Shown in pieces: positions 49,661 to 61,338 of a DNA stretch of 64,000 bases. The notes beneath the pieces were generated by a model. That model searched no databases, was not told the DNA's origin, and saw nothing but the letters and a program-made list of their open reading frames with translations. Made by a program: the position numbers and the translations under genes. Source of the stretch: an uncultured Candidatus Binatia bacterium. Lineage in GTDB: Bacteria > Desulfobacterota > Binatia > UBA9968 > CAXXLF01. Position 1 is the stretch's first letter. Each line of letters begins with the position of its first letter. Where the stretch lies: assembly GCA_965218425.1 (NCBI GenBank), contig OZ244621.1:1696001-1760000 (forward strand). Reading direction: 5' to 3'.

Positions 49661-50007
49661 CGTAAATCAGAAGTATTATCGCTCATATTCACCATGATGT
49701 AAACCCCGAACCACTATGTGTAGTATAGTTCACCACCAAGCTGAGGGAGTCAGCTGGAAGAAGAGAACGGCTGGATCTCCTCCCATCTGACGTTGAAGGC
49801 GCTTCGAGATAGGGAATCCTGCCTTGAAAATTAAAAATTGCCTGATATTTTGGCGTAAGCAACAGCCGAGTAGGCGGTTCAGAGAGGCATGTTCGAGGCT
49901 GTGGCATCTAACTGCGGATCGCGGTACTAAGGATGCAAACCTTATGCGTCCTCACTCATAACTGGACCGGAGCAAACAGCTCCATTTAGGTCCCGGGAGG
50001 CGGGTCG

Positions 50008-50844
50008 ATGATTAAAAATATTCTGGTACCCATAGACGGATCAGAGCATTCCAAGGCCGCCGTGGAGTATGGCCTTTGGTTCATGGAGAACTTCCATGGG
50101 ACCCTCTTTGGACAGCATGTGATCGACACGGTTTCCATTGAAGGGAGCTTCTTTCACGATATCTCCGGTTCCCTTGGTTTTGAACCTTACCTGGATTTCT
50201 CCACCAAGATGCGTGAGGTGTTGGAGGAGAGGGGCAAGGGATTGCTGGAAGAGTTCAGTGATCGTTGCCGGAAAAAGGGCATCAAGCACGAAACTTTTCT
50301 CGATATGGGCATCATCGCCAACGAGGTTTGCGAACGGGCCAAGGTGGCCGATCTCGTGATCATGGGCCATCGGGGTATCAACGAGGAGTTTTCTACCGGT
50401 ATGCTGGGCAGCACGGCTGAGAGCGTGACCCGTAGGATCCAACGACCCGTTTTTATCACAACCAAGAATTTCAAAGCGATCGATAGCCCCCTGTTGGCCT
50501 ATGATGGAAGCCAAAGGGCGAGTTCCGCCATGGAATCGGCGGCAGAGTTCTGTTCCCAGCTTAATCTTCCCCTCACCGTTCTCTACGTCCCAAAAGAAGA
50601 GGGTACGGCGGATCGGGTGTTTCAAGAGGCGCAATCCTATCTTGAGTCTTACAACCTACAGGTGCGCTATGAGGCGGGAAAAGGCTACCCGGAACAGGTC
50701 ATTGTAGAGTATCTGACCAATTTCAATTACGACCTCCTCTTCATCGGCGCCCACGGACATCGTAGAATAATCGAGATGGTTATCGGAGGCACAACGGAAC
50801 ACGTGCTTAGAAAAAGCCCCTGCCCGGTTTTTCTTAAGCGTTAA
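50008..50844 (+). CDS. Universal stress protein, tandem UspA domains
   Basis: KNILVPIDGS, DLVIMGHRG..LGSTAESV, LAYDGS, GAHGH..GGTTEHVLRKSPCPV. Confidence 0.93.
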   Translation: MIKNILVPIDGSEHSKAAVEYGLWFMENFHGTLFGQHVIDTVSIEGSFFHDISGSLGFEPYLDFSTKMREVLEERGKGLLEEFSDRCRKKGIKHETFLDMGIIANEVCERAKVADLVIMGHRGINEEFSTGMLGSTAESVTRRIQRPVFITTKNFKAIDSPLLAYDGSQRASSAMESAAEFCSQLNLPLTVLYVPKEEGTADRVFQEAQSYLESYNLQVRYEAGKGYPEQVIVEYLTNFNYDLLFIGAHGHRRIIEMVIGGTTEHVLRKSPCPVFLKR

Positions 50845-50856
50845 TCCCGAACTGAT

Positions 50857-51675
50857 ATGAAATTGCTGGCTGCCGCCGTGCAAATGCTCGCCTCCTCGGA
50901 TAAGAAGGCCAATGTTGAGGAGGCGGAAAACCGGGTGCGCCACGCTGAGTCCGAGGGCGCACAACTGGTGGTCTTGCCCGAGGTATTCAACTGGAGGGGA
51001 CCCTTAAGGCAATGCACGGCCGCGGAATCTATCCCGGGTCCCACCTCAAACCACATGGCCAACCTGGCGCGGGAGCTGGGCCTATACATCCTCGCCGGCT
51101 CGATGCTTGAAGCCGTAGGCGACAGGAACAAAGCCTACAACACAAGTCTGCTCTTTAACCCTCAAGGTTCCTTGCTGGCAAAATATCGCAAGATCCATCT
51201 GTTTGACGTTGATGTCACGGATGGGGTGACGGTGTTGGAGTCCGAAGCGCGAATCCCCGGGGAAGAAGTAGCGGTGGCGGAAACCGAGTATTGCCCCGTG
51301 GGCCTTACCATTTGCTACGATTTGCGGTTTCCCGAGCTCTACCGCCGTCTCGTGGAAAGAGGGGCTCAGATCATATTTGTTCCGTCGGCTTTTACCGCTT
51401 TTACCGGCCAGGCCCATTGGGAACCACTGCTCCGCGCACGAGCGATTGAAAATCAGGTTTATATCATCGCCCCCGATCAAGTGGGAAATGCAGCGGATAG
51501 CATTGATACGCATGGTCACTCCATGATAGTGGACCCTTGGGGGAGGGTGCTGGCCGAGGCGTCATCAAAGGGCCCCGAGGTGATCTTTGCCGAGTTGGAT
51601 CTGGGCTATCTAGCAAAGGTCCGCAGTGAGTTACCCGCCCTGTCGCATCGGAAGGATTTTTTAGGGCGGCAATGA
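50857..51675 (+). CDS. Carbon-nitrogen hydrolase (Nit1 / deaminated glutathione amidase-like)
   Basis: LPE, YRKIHLFD, ICYDLRFPE, HWEPLLRARAIENQ, GHSMIVDPWG. Confidence 0.92.
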   Translation: MKLLAAAVQMLASSDKKANVEEAENRVRHAESEGAQLVVLPEVFNWRGPLRQCTAAESIPGPTSNHMANLARELGLYILAGSMLEAVGDRNKAYNTSLLFNPQGSLLAKYRKIHLFDVDVTDGVTVLESEARIPGEEVAVAETEYCPVGLTICYDLRFPELYRRLVERGAQIIFVPSAFTAFTGQAHWEPLLRARAIENQVYIIAPDQVGNAADSIDTHGHSMIVDPWGRVLAEASSKGPEVIFAELDLGYLAKVRSELPALSHRKDFLGRQ

Positions 51676-51802
51676 TCCTCCTGTAATCTCACGCCGGTTT
51701 AAGTCCCGATCTTCATTACGCGTTCCCTTCATCCAACGAGCCCGCTTGACCACTTGCCGATCTTTTAAACATGGGCGCCCTGCGCGATGCGCTTTGCTCT
51801 GC

Positions 51803-51829
51803 CCTAGCCGGCGAAAATCGGCGGCTAGG
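51803..51829. terminator. Hairpin between convergent genes
   Basis: CCTAGCCG-N11-CGGCTAGG; no clear U-tract. Confidence 0.35.
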
Positions 51830-51906
51830 ACATTCGACAGCGAATCGTCCAGGTTGATCCGCGGCTAAAAATTCTCTGCGGGTTCAGCGACGCGGCGGCC
51901 GCAAAG

Positions 51907-53016
51907 CTACACGATGGTGAGCATTCTCTCGATGGGAATCCTGGCACGGGCGGCCATTTCCGGATCCACGGCAATCTCGTGAATTCCGTCGCGAAGAGAG
52001 ATATAGAGCTTTTTCAGCGTATTCTGCTTCATGTAGGAACAGATTGCCTTGGCGCTTGCGGGGACCAGCACTTTCTCTGGAGCCGCCTTGGATAACGGGT
52101 AAAGGTTTCCCACCTCCGTGGCCATGATGATGACCTTTTGCGGGGTCTCCTTAACAAAATCCACCATTCCTTGAGTGGAACGAAACTCCATGATCCCTTT
52201 AGGGACCGCTTCTTGGCTCACCTGCCGCATACATGCACTGGTGCAGCCGCACTCCGGGTGAATCACCGCGGCCGCGCCGGGGTAGCGCTTCCGCTGGTTT
52301 TCCACATGGTAGGGGCGAATGCGGTCGTGTACATGGCACGCTCCCATCATAAGCCACAGGCGATCCAGTGAGGAGCCCTGCTGTTCCAGGAGCCTCGCCG
52401 CATAGTAACCCAGATACACGTCCGGGAGAAAAAGGATGGGTTGCTTTGATCTTGTATGCTCAAGTACATGGAGAATCACCTTTGCAGCATTGGCCGAGGC
52501 GCAACAGTAATCACTCTCAGCCTTTACCTCCAGGTACGTGTTGACATAGCTGATCACCACGCCGTCGGGATAATCGCGACGCCAGGCGCGAATCTTCTCC
52601 ACGTCCGCATGGGCGGCAAGGAAACAAAGGGCCCCGGGGTCCGGGGCAAGAACCCGTTGGTGGGGCTGCTTCATGATGGCGAGAATCTGGTTCATGAAGA
52701 GCACCGCCGCCTCCAGGAGGATATCGGCATCCGACTCGGCGCCCTTTTGTGCGAGATACAAGGAGTCCCCCACCGCATCCGCCATATCCTGAACGTCTTC
52801 AGGCATATAGTTATGCGCCAGAATGAAGGCGTTGCGTTCCCTCTTCAACCGTATGATCTCATCCCGCAGCCATTGACGTTCCTGTTGGGGAATGTTTTCC
52901 CTTCGGGCGTCCGCGGGAATCTTCGGTACCTCGATGGGAGGGCTCAAGTCCACCTGATCAATGGCGGAAATGACCTCCCGGGCGGGAAGGATATCGCCAG
53001 GTGTTACTCCGTTCAT
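51907..53016 (-). CDS. nadA: Quinolinate synthase
   Basis: ILAHNY, GDSLYL, SYVNT, GACHVH, HPEC, ST.GM, ATE, CSYMK; start placed at ATG 53016. Confidence 0.93.
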   Translation of the reverse strand: MNGVTPGDILPAREVISAIDQVDLSPPIEVPKIPADARRENIPQQERQWLRDEIIRLKRERNAFILAHNYMPEDVQDMADAVGDSLYLAQKGAESDADILLEAAVLFMNQILAIMKQPHQRVLAPDPGALCFLAAHADVEKIRAWRRDYPDGVVISYVNTYLEVKAESDYCCASANAAKVILHVLEHTRSKQPILFLPDVYLGYYAARLLEQQGSSLDRLWLMMGACHVHDRIRPYHVENQRKRYPGAAAVIHPECGCTSACMRQVSQEAVPKGIMEFRSTQGMVDFVKETPQKVIIMATEVGNLYPLSKAAPEKVLVPASAKAICSYMKQNTLKKLYISLRDGIHEIAVDPEMAARARIPIERMLTIV

Positions 53017-53417
53017 GCCAACCTCAATTTCTCCATATACCCCAATGACCCGCTTAGCGTAATTCTCACGCAAACTCAAGGGAAAAGCAACGCCGGATCA
53101 GCGCGATCTACGAATTGAGCCCCATCCTTTTGCGCGCCCCAGTGAGGAGAATGTTCGAAGCGGGTTTGCCTGTCGCAATCCAGCGTTTGCCGGGTGACGG
53201 AGCATTTTCGCTGGCCAATCCATAATCGCCCAGCGTCTAAAAGTTAATCAACATGCAGCTTTCCACAGGTATCCATCGGCAAGGGGTGTAGTCAACGTAA
53301 AGAAAAATCAGGGTTATACAAGATGAGTAAGGCTGGTATCCAAATTGCCTATGTACGTTTTCCTTTCACCCCGTGTGGATAAATTGATACTCGATAGGTA
53401 CGAAAGGAGAATATGTG

Positions 53418-53546
53418 ATGAGGCAGAAATTCATTCCGTCGGCATTTGTGTTAGCTATTGTGTTGGCGATGGGTCACCCTGTGCAAGGGCAGGATACCCT
53501 AAGGACTGGGGCCAGGGTGGTTAAGCCTCGACAGCAGCGTCGGTAA
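53418..53546 (+). other. 42-codon ORF encoding little more than a signal peptide; possible gene remnant
   Basis: AAGGAG RBS; MRQKFIPSAFVLAIVLAMGHPVQGQDTLRTGARVVKPRQQRR*. Confidence 0.35.
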
Positions 53547-53718
53547 GAGGGTTCCTGATGACCCCGCCGGAACGGGTGCCGTGAGGGGTTGATTGTAATC
53601 ACAATGCAGGTGCCTCATAATCGATACGGGTGGTCGTTCCTACATCCGGGGAGTTTGCCTGAGGCGTGAGAAGTGTGGCTAACATTGGTCCTTAAATTCC
53701 AATTCCATTCTGTCAGCC

Positions 53719-54591
53719 ATGGTCATCGATAGGCGTTGCCGCCCTTTAGCCATCGCCCTTGCCATTACGTTTCTCTACTTTGTGGTGGAGGTGATCGGTG
53801 GCATTTACACCAACAGTCTAGCGCTGCTGTCCGATGCAGGGCATATGTTGTCCGACATCGCGGCCCTAGGTTTGAGTTTGTGCGCCTTCCAAATCGCGAG
53901 ACGACCGGCGACACCGCAGAAGACCTTCGGCTATCACCGTATTGAGATCGTGGCGGCCCTGGTGAACGGGTTAGTCCTATGGCTCATCGTCGGCGTCATT
54001 TTTCATGAAGCCTACCAGCGCTTCTTTACCCCCCCTGAGGTCCAAAGCCTGGGGATGCTAATCATTGCCGCCACCGGCCTCGCGGTGAATGTCGCGGCCG
54101 GTCTTATTCTTTACAAGTCTCATCACGAGAGCCTTAACGTCCACAGCGCCTTTCTTCACGTGGTGGGGGATGCTCTGGGTTCCGTGGGCGCCATGATCGC
54201 TGCGCTCATTATGTTATCCACAGGCTGGTATCTGGCCGATCCCCTAATCAGTTTCTTTATCGGCGCCCTGATTCTTTATACCTCATGGGGACTCATCAAG
54301 GAATCAGCTGACATTCTCATGCAATCAGTACCACGGGGAATCCGCCTGGACGAGGTCCAAAATTCCATGGAAAGTATAACTGGTGTTCTGAAGGTTCATG
54401 ACCTCCATGTCTGGGCTGTCACTTCAGGGGTATTTACCCTGAGCGCCCACGCAGTGGTTAACGGCGACCGCGACTTTCATCAGGTGCTAAGTGAAATGGA
54501 AAAGGCCCTAAGCGAGTGCTTCGATATCAGGCACACCACCATCCAACTCGAGACGAAAAGCCGCGAAGCCGAAGAGTTCACGGATTTTTGA
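53719..54591 (+). CDS. Cation diffusion facilitator (CzcD/ZitB-like Zn/Co/Cd exporter)
   Basis: SLALLSDAGHMLSD, TFGYHRIE, AFLHVVGD, VHDLHVW, HTTIQ. Confidence 0.94.
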   Translation: MVIDRRCRPLAIALAITFLYFVVEVIGGIYTNSLALLSDAGHMLSDIAALGLSLCAFQIARRPATPQKTFGYHRIEIVAALVNGLVLWLIVGVIFHEAYQRFFTPPEVQSLGMLIIAATGLAVNVAAGLILYKSHHESLNVHSAFLHVVGDALGSVGAMIAALIMLSTGWYLADPLISFFIGALILYTSWGLIKESADILMQSVPRGIRLDEVQNSMESITGVLKVHDLHVWAVTSGVFTLSAHAVVNGDRDFHQVLSEMEKALSECFDIRHTTIQLETKSREAEEFTDF

Positions 54592-54686
54592 ACGATATTT
54601 TGCACCTTTTTCACCCGTTCTCTCCTTGCCCTTGCGGTCCCCCGCTCAAGATGCTTAGGTAGTTGAAATTAGCCTTTCGGGACCCC

Positions 54687-54714
54687 TTGACGTTTCAAAT
54701 ATCTGACTTAAATT
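54687..54714 (+). promoter_or_regulatory. Promoter of groESL
   Basis: TTGACG-N16-TAAATT. Confidence 0.5.
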
Positions 54715-54776
54715 TGGGCTCAACTCGTTAAGTATTCGTTATTAAAAACATTGTTTTATTATTTAAGGAGGCACCA

Positions 54777-56694
<1,918 letters not shown>

Positions 56695-56717
56695 CCAAAA
56701 ATTAGTTCCAAAATCCC

Positions 56718-56758
56718 GGGTGGGAGGGGCAAAAAGGGCTCTTGAACCCCTCCCGCCC
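56718..56758 (+). terminator. GC-rich hairpin after groEL
   Basis: GGGTGGGAGGGG ... CCCCTCCCGCCC. Confidence 0.45.
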
Positions 56759-56844
56759 ATGACCTTCGGCCCCACCCCGTGGAATAATGATAGAGTCGTT
56801 TGTTGAAGGCTCGGTGGGGGGGAGTTATTCCACTGGAACGATCC

Positions 56845-56873
56845 TTGACTTTAGCGCTTTTTTTCAATAAAAA
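56845..56873 (+). promoter_or_regulatory. Sigma70 promoter of the second nuo operon
   Basis: TTGACT-N17-TAAAAT. Confidence 0.7.
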
Positions 56874-56969
56874 TTCTAAACTTTCGCCGCGGACCGTCTC
56901 GGCGCTCCCCCTCCTACGAGGGGGTTAATTTATTTAAATGGGCACGATTGCGTGTCATGAATTCTCCTC

Positions 56970-57326
56970 ATGTCTCATCCCTATTTCCCTGTACTGATTC
57001 TCTTCCTCTTTGCGGGCGTTGTGGTCCTCTCACTGCTCCTAGTTTCTCATATCTTAGGTCCCAGCAGTCTCAACCCGGCCAAGGCCGAGCCCTTTGAATC
57101 GGGCAATCCTCCCAAGGGAGACGCTCGAATTCGCTTCCCTGTGAAGTTTTATCTGGTGGCCATGCTCTTCCTCATCTTCGATATTGAGGTGGTCTTCCTC
57201 TATCCTTGGGCCATCTACTTTCGTCATTTGGGGGTCTTTGGTCTCGTGGAGATGGGGTTCTTCTTAATCATTCTCATCGTAGGGTTCATCTACGTATGGA
57301 AGGAAGGGGCCCTGGACTGGAGCTAG
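56970..57326 (+). CDS. nuoA: NADH-quinone oxidoreductase subunit A (second operon)
   Basis: PFESG, FYLVAMLFLIFDIEVVFLYPWA, WKEGALDW. Confidence 0.96.
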   Translation: MSHPYFPVLILFLFAGVVVLSLLLVSHILGPSSLNPAKAEPFESGNPPKGDARIRFPVKFYLVAMLFLIFDIEVVFLYPWAIYFRHLGVFGLVEMGFFLIILIVGFIYVWKEGALDWS

Positions 57327-57332
57327 GAATTT

Positions 57333-57893
57333 GTGATGGAAGAGAGTTCGACATCCGCCGTGCAAACCCGGCTGCAAGGAAGAGTTCTTGAGTCTCAGAC
57401 TCTCCGGGGTGAAGAAATCATCTTCGTATCCCGTGAGGGGATGCTGGAAACATTCCGCATTCTGAAAGAGGATCCTCAACTGAACTTCGATTTTTTGATG
57501 GATATCACTGCTGTGGACTATCTCACAAAGAAGACGCCCCGTTTTGAGGTAATCTACCAATTATACTCCCTGAGCCACAACCAACGATTGAGGGTCAAGT
57601 TAGCTCTTCCAGTGGATGATCTGGAGGCGCCCTCCCTGACTTCCCTATGGAAATCCGCGGATTGGCTGGAACGGGAGGCCTGGGACATGTTCGGTGTTCG
57701 CTTTCAGGGTCATCCAGATTTGCGGAGAATATTGCTTTACGACGAGTTTCAGGGTCATCCGCTACGCAAGGACTATCCGGTGAACCTATGCCAACCTCGG
57801 GTGCCCGAGAGGGAGGTGGAGGGGACCTTTGTGGATAACGCGTCGAAAAACAAACTCCTACATCTACAGCAGAAGTTCTCCAGAAAGACGTAG
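57333..57893 (+). CDS. nuoC: NADH-quinone oxidoreductase subunit C (second operon)
   Basis: [41 protein letters not shown]. Confidence 0.96.
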   Translation: MMEESSTSAVQTRLQGRVLESQTLRGEEIIFVSREGMLETFRILKEDPQLNFDFLMDITAVDYLTKKTPRFEVIYQLYSLSHNQRLRVKLALPVDDLEAPSLTSLWKSADWLEREAWDMFGVRFQGHPDLRRILLYDEFQGHPLRKDYPVNLCQPRVPEREVEGTFVDNASKNKLLHLQQKFSRKT

Positions 57894-58275
57894 ACAGAAA
57901 TTATTGAGATTTTGCATTGTAATTTGGGTTTCAACTTGGGGGAATAGATGACTCGCCCGCGCAATGATGCCAAGAATGAAAAGATAACGCTTCAGTGGAA
58001 AGGATATCCCGCGGGGCGAGCTACGAAGACGCAAAGCGCGCCAAGGGAAATGCTCTAAGCGCAAAGCGTTTATTATTCAGTAACGAGTGATGAAAGCTGA
58101 GTGGAGCGGCATGAGAATTGAGAATAGAACATGGAAAATCGAATATCGAAAAACGGCCGAAAGGAAGATCGGACGTTATGCGCTTTGCGCTCAGCCCCTT
58201 GCCGTTTTTCATCTGCGTTAACCTGCGTGGGTCCGGGGTTAGGTTCTTAAAAAGATATTCGTCCGCGTTGATCTA
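57894..58275. repeat. 382-bp non-coding mosaic of short periodic repeats between nuoC and nuoD
   Basis: gagaattgagaatagaac, aaaatcgaatatcgaaaa, aagacgcaaagcgcgccaag, gcgctttgcgctc, atctgcgttaacctgcg. Confidence 0.55.
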
Positions 58276-59466
58276 ATGAAATCAGAGCCACCAGAACTAC
58301 CGTTGGAAACAATGGAACTGCAGATGGGCCCCTCCCATCCAGCAACCCATGGCACCATAAAGTTCAACCTCACCCTGGAGGGGGAGAAAATCATCGCCTG
58401 TGACACGGAAGTAGGCTACCTGCACCGGGGCTTCGCCAAGAGTTGCGAGCAGGCCACATGGACACAGGTGTTTCCGTACACGGACCGCCTGAACTACGCC
58501 TCACCCCTGATCAATAACGTGGGTTACGCCTTAGCCGTGGAAAAGCTCATTGGGCTGGAGACTCCTCCCAGGTGCCAGTTTATCAGACTCATTATGAGTG
58601 AACTTTCCCGTATCTATGATCACCTCACCTGTTGTGCCATGGCCTCGTCCGAGCTGGGAGCCATCACGGCCGGATTTTACTTGATGGCAGCCCGAGAACA
58701 CCTCATGAGAACCATCGAAGCAGTTACCGGAGCGCGCCTGACGGTGACCTACGCTCGAATCGGGGGAGTGAAGCACGATTTACCCCATGATTTTCCCGAA
58801 CAGGTGGCCCGTGTCTTCCAGATCGTCAGAAAGATGCTGTCGGATTGCGACCGTCTCATCTCCCGCAATCGCATCTTTATCGACCGCTTATCCGATATAG
58901 GAGTCATTACGAAAGAGACCGCCATCTCCTATGGTCTGACGGGACCCATACTCCGTTCCACCGGGGTTAACTACGACGTTCGCAAGGCCCAACCCTATCT
59001 AATCTATGACCAGTTGGACTTCGAGGTCCCCTTGGGGTCAAAGGGGGACAACTATGACCGATTTGTCTGCCGGATTCAGGAGATCGAGCAAAGCATGCGT
59101 CTGGTGGAACAGTCATTGAAGGCCATACCCCTTGGCGCGGTTTTCGTTGACGACGCACGGTTCGTTCTGCCGCAAAAGGAAAAAGTCTACAACAGCATCG
59201 AAGGTTTGATGCACCACTTCAAAATCATTACAGAGGGGATACACGTGCCCCCTGGAGAAGTCTATCAGGCGGTTGAGGGCGGCAATGGCGAGCTGGGATT
59301 TTTCATCGTCAGTGACGGTGGAGGAAGACCCTATCGGATACGGGTACGCCCGCCTTGTTTCATCAATATGGCTGCGTTCCACGAAATGGTGCTCGGCCAT
59401 ATGGTTGCGGATATCATTCCAACTTTTGGAATGATCAATATGATCGGCGGGGAATGCGATCGTTGA
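58276..59466 (+). CDS. nuoD: NADH-quinone oxidoreductase subunit D (second operon)
   Basis: MGPSHPATHG, GYLHRG, DRLNY, EGGNGELG, GECDR. Confidence 0.95.
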   Translation: MKSEPPELPLETMELQMGPSHPATHGTIKFNLTLEGEKIIACDTEVGYLHRGFAKSCEQATWTQVFPYTDRLNYASPLINNVGYALAVEKLIGLETPPRCQFIRLIMSELSRIYDHLTCCAMASSELGAITAGFYLMAAREHLMRTIEAVTGARLTVTYARIGGVKHDLPHDFPEQVARVFQIVRKMLSDCDRLISRNRIFIDRLSDIGVITKETAISYGLTGPILRSTGVNYDVRKAQPYLIYDQLDFEVPLGSKGDNYDRFVCRIQEIEQSMRLVEQSLKAIPLGAVFVDDARFVLPQKEKVYNSIEGLMHHFKIITEGIHVPPGEVYQAVEGGNGELGFFIVSDGGGRPYRIRVRPPCFINMAAFHEMVLGHMVADIIPTFGMINMIGGECDR

Positions 59467-59544
59467 ACGGAACAAAGACTAAAGGCGGCAGGGGATCCCT
59501 TTGGTGGGGTCTCTATCGACCCGTAAGGAATAACGAGATGAACC

Positions 59545-60018
59545 ATGGCCCTGGAATTTTCCCAAGAAACACTTAAACAGTTTGACCTGGTGGTGAGCCG
59601 TTATCCCGAAAAGAGGTCGGCGGTGCTGCCGGTCCTCTACATGGCTCAAAAGGAATTCGGGCACCTCAGTCAGGAGGCCATCGAATATGTGGCCGGCTTA
59701 ATGGATATCCCGGCGGCTCGCCTCTACGGCATCGTCACCTTCTATACCATGTTAAATATGAAAGCCGTAGGGAGACACCATCTTCAGGTGTGTCGCACCC
59801 TCCCCTGCTACCTTCGAGGATCGGAAAGAGTCACCAACTACATAAGGAATAAGCTGGGCATCAATCCAGGCGAGACAACTCCAGACGGGAAATTCACTCT
59901 CTCCGAGGTGGAGTGCTTGGCCAGCTGCGGCACGGCACCGGTCATGCAGATCAACGACGACTATTGTGAAGATCTTTCAGAGGAAAAGATCGACAGGATA
60001 TTTGAACAACTGAAGTAA
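59545..60018 (+). CDS. nuoE: NADH-quinone oxidoreductase subunit E
   Basis: VTFYTM, CRTLPC, ECLASCGTAP. Confidence 0.96.
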   Translation: MALEFSQETLKQFDLVVSRYPEKRSAVLPVLYMAQKEFGHLSQEAIEYVAGLMDIPAARLYGIVTFYTMLNMKAVGRHHLQVCRTLPCYLRGSERVTNYIRNKLGINPGETTPDGKFTLSEVECLASCGTAPVMQINDDYCEDLSEEKIDRIFEQLK

Positions 60019-60026
60019 TCCCAGCC

Positions 60027-61304
60027 ATGGAAAAAGTACTGCTGCGCAACATCGAAGTCGAAGACTCTCACAAACTCGCGGTCTACCAGTCACGGCGGGG
60101 CTACGCTGCGGTGGAAAGGGTACTGAAAGGGATGACCCCCGAGCAGGTGATCGAGGAGGTGAGCTCCTCAGGCTTGAGGGGACGGGGGGGAGCAGGTTTT
60201 CCCACAGGGAGAAAATGGAGTTTTGTGCCTAAGGACATCCCAAAGCCCAAGTATCTCATTGCCAACGCGGACGAAAGTGAACCGGGAACCTTTAAAGACA
60301 GGATTTTGCTCGAGCGGGACCCCCACGCGGTGATCGAAGGGGTGATCCTTGCCGCTTTCGCCATCCAATCCCACCTTGCCTTCATCTATATTCGGGGCGA
60401 ATTCATGCCAGGCTACCTTGCACTGGAAAGAGCCCTCCAAGAGGCGAGGGAGGTCGGCTACATAGGTAAGAATATTCTCGGTTCCGGTTATGACCTGGAG
60501 CTGATCCTGCACCGGGGCGCCGGGGCGTACATTTGCGGCGAGGAGACGGGACTCATTTCCTCGCTGGAGGGGGGAAAGGGTTGGCCACGGGTCAGGCCGC
60601 CCTTCCCTGCGGTCAGCGGTCTGTTTGGTTGTCCTACCGTGGTCAACAATGTAGAAACCCTGGCGGCACTCCCCTGGATCATCGATCAGGGTGCAACCAA
60701 ATATTCGACCATGGGGACGCAGAAGAGCAAAGGCACCAAGCTCTTCTGCGTCAGTGGCCATGTCCAAAGACCGGGTGTCTATGAAATGGAAATGGGTTAT
60801 CCCCTCAAGCAGTTGCTGGAGGTGGAGTGTGGCGGGGTACTCCATGGGAGGAAACTCAAAGGGGTCATTCCTGGGGGCTCCTCAGTGCCGGTTCTGCTAC
60901 CCCAAGAGATCGAGGACATTCGATTGGATTACGAATCCATGGCTCAGGCCGGAACGTTATTAGGATCGGGCGGCGTCATTGTTATGGATGATTCCACCTG
61001 TATGGTAAGAGCGGCATGGAATATTTCCCGATTTTACGCCCATGAATCCTGCGGCCAGTGCACGCCTTGCCGTGAGGGTTGCCACTGGCTGCAAAAGCTC
61101 TTCGAGCGGATTGAGAGCGGTGCGGCCACGGATGGGGACCTGGACCTCATTCTGAGCATCAGCAATCGCATTATGGGCAAGACCATCTGCCCATTTGGGG
61201 ATGCAGCGGCCATGCCCGCCGGGGCCTTTATCAAGAAGTTCCGGGACGAGTTCGAGCGGCACATTAAGGAAAAGAAATGTACGGTGGCCAAGGGCTCGGC
61301 CTAA
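60027..61304 (+). CDS. nuoF: NADH-quinone oxidoreductase subunit F
   Basis: GLRGRGGAGFPTG, NADESEPGTFKDR, YICGEETG, ESCGQCTPCREG. Confidence 0.97.
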   Translation: MEKVLLRNIEVEDSHKLAVYQSRRGYAAVERVLKGMTPEQVIEEVSSSGLRGRGGAGFPTGRKWSFVPKDIPKPKYLIANADESEPGTFKDRILLERDPHAVIEGVILAAFAIQSHLAFIYIRGEFMPGYLALERALQEAREVGYIGKNILGSGYDLELILHRGAGAYICGEETGLISSLEGGKGWPRVRPPFPAVSGLFGCPTVVNNVETLAALPWIIDQGATKYSTMGTQKSKGTKLFCVSGHVQRPGVYEMEMGYPLKQLLEVECGGVLHGRKLKGVIPGGSSVPVLLPQEIEDIRLDYESMAQAGTLLGSGGVIVMDDSTCMVRAAWNISRFYAHESCGQCTPCREGCHWLQKLFERIESGAATDGDLDLILSISNRIMGKTICPFGDAAAMPAGAFIKKFRDEFERHIKEKKCTVAKGSA

Positions 61305-61338
61305 CTGAAGAGATACCCAACTGGTTCCACTGGAATCC

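Noticed and set aside
53240..53385. Replication origin
   Set aside because: One perfect DnaA box (TGTGGATAA near 53374) and weak partials only; no cluster, unwinding element or dnaA context
54710..54745. CIRCE element before groES
   Set aside because: Poor match to TTAGCACTC-N9-GAGTGCTAA, especially the right arm
57894..58275. Hidden or decayed nuoB
   Set aside because: Too short and no CC..E or GxC motifs recognised in any frame
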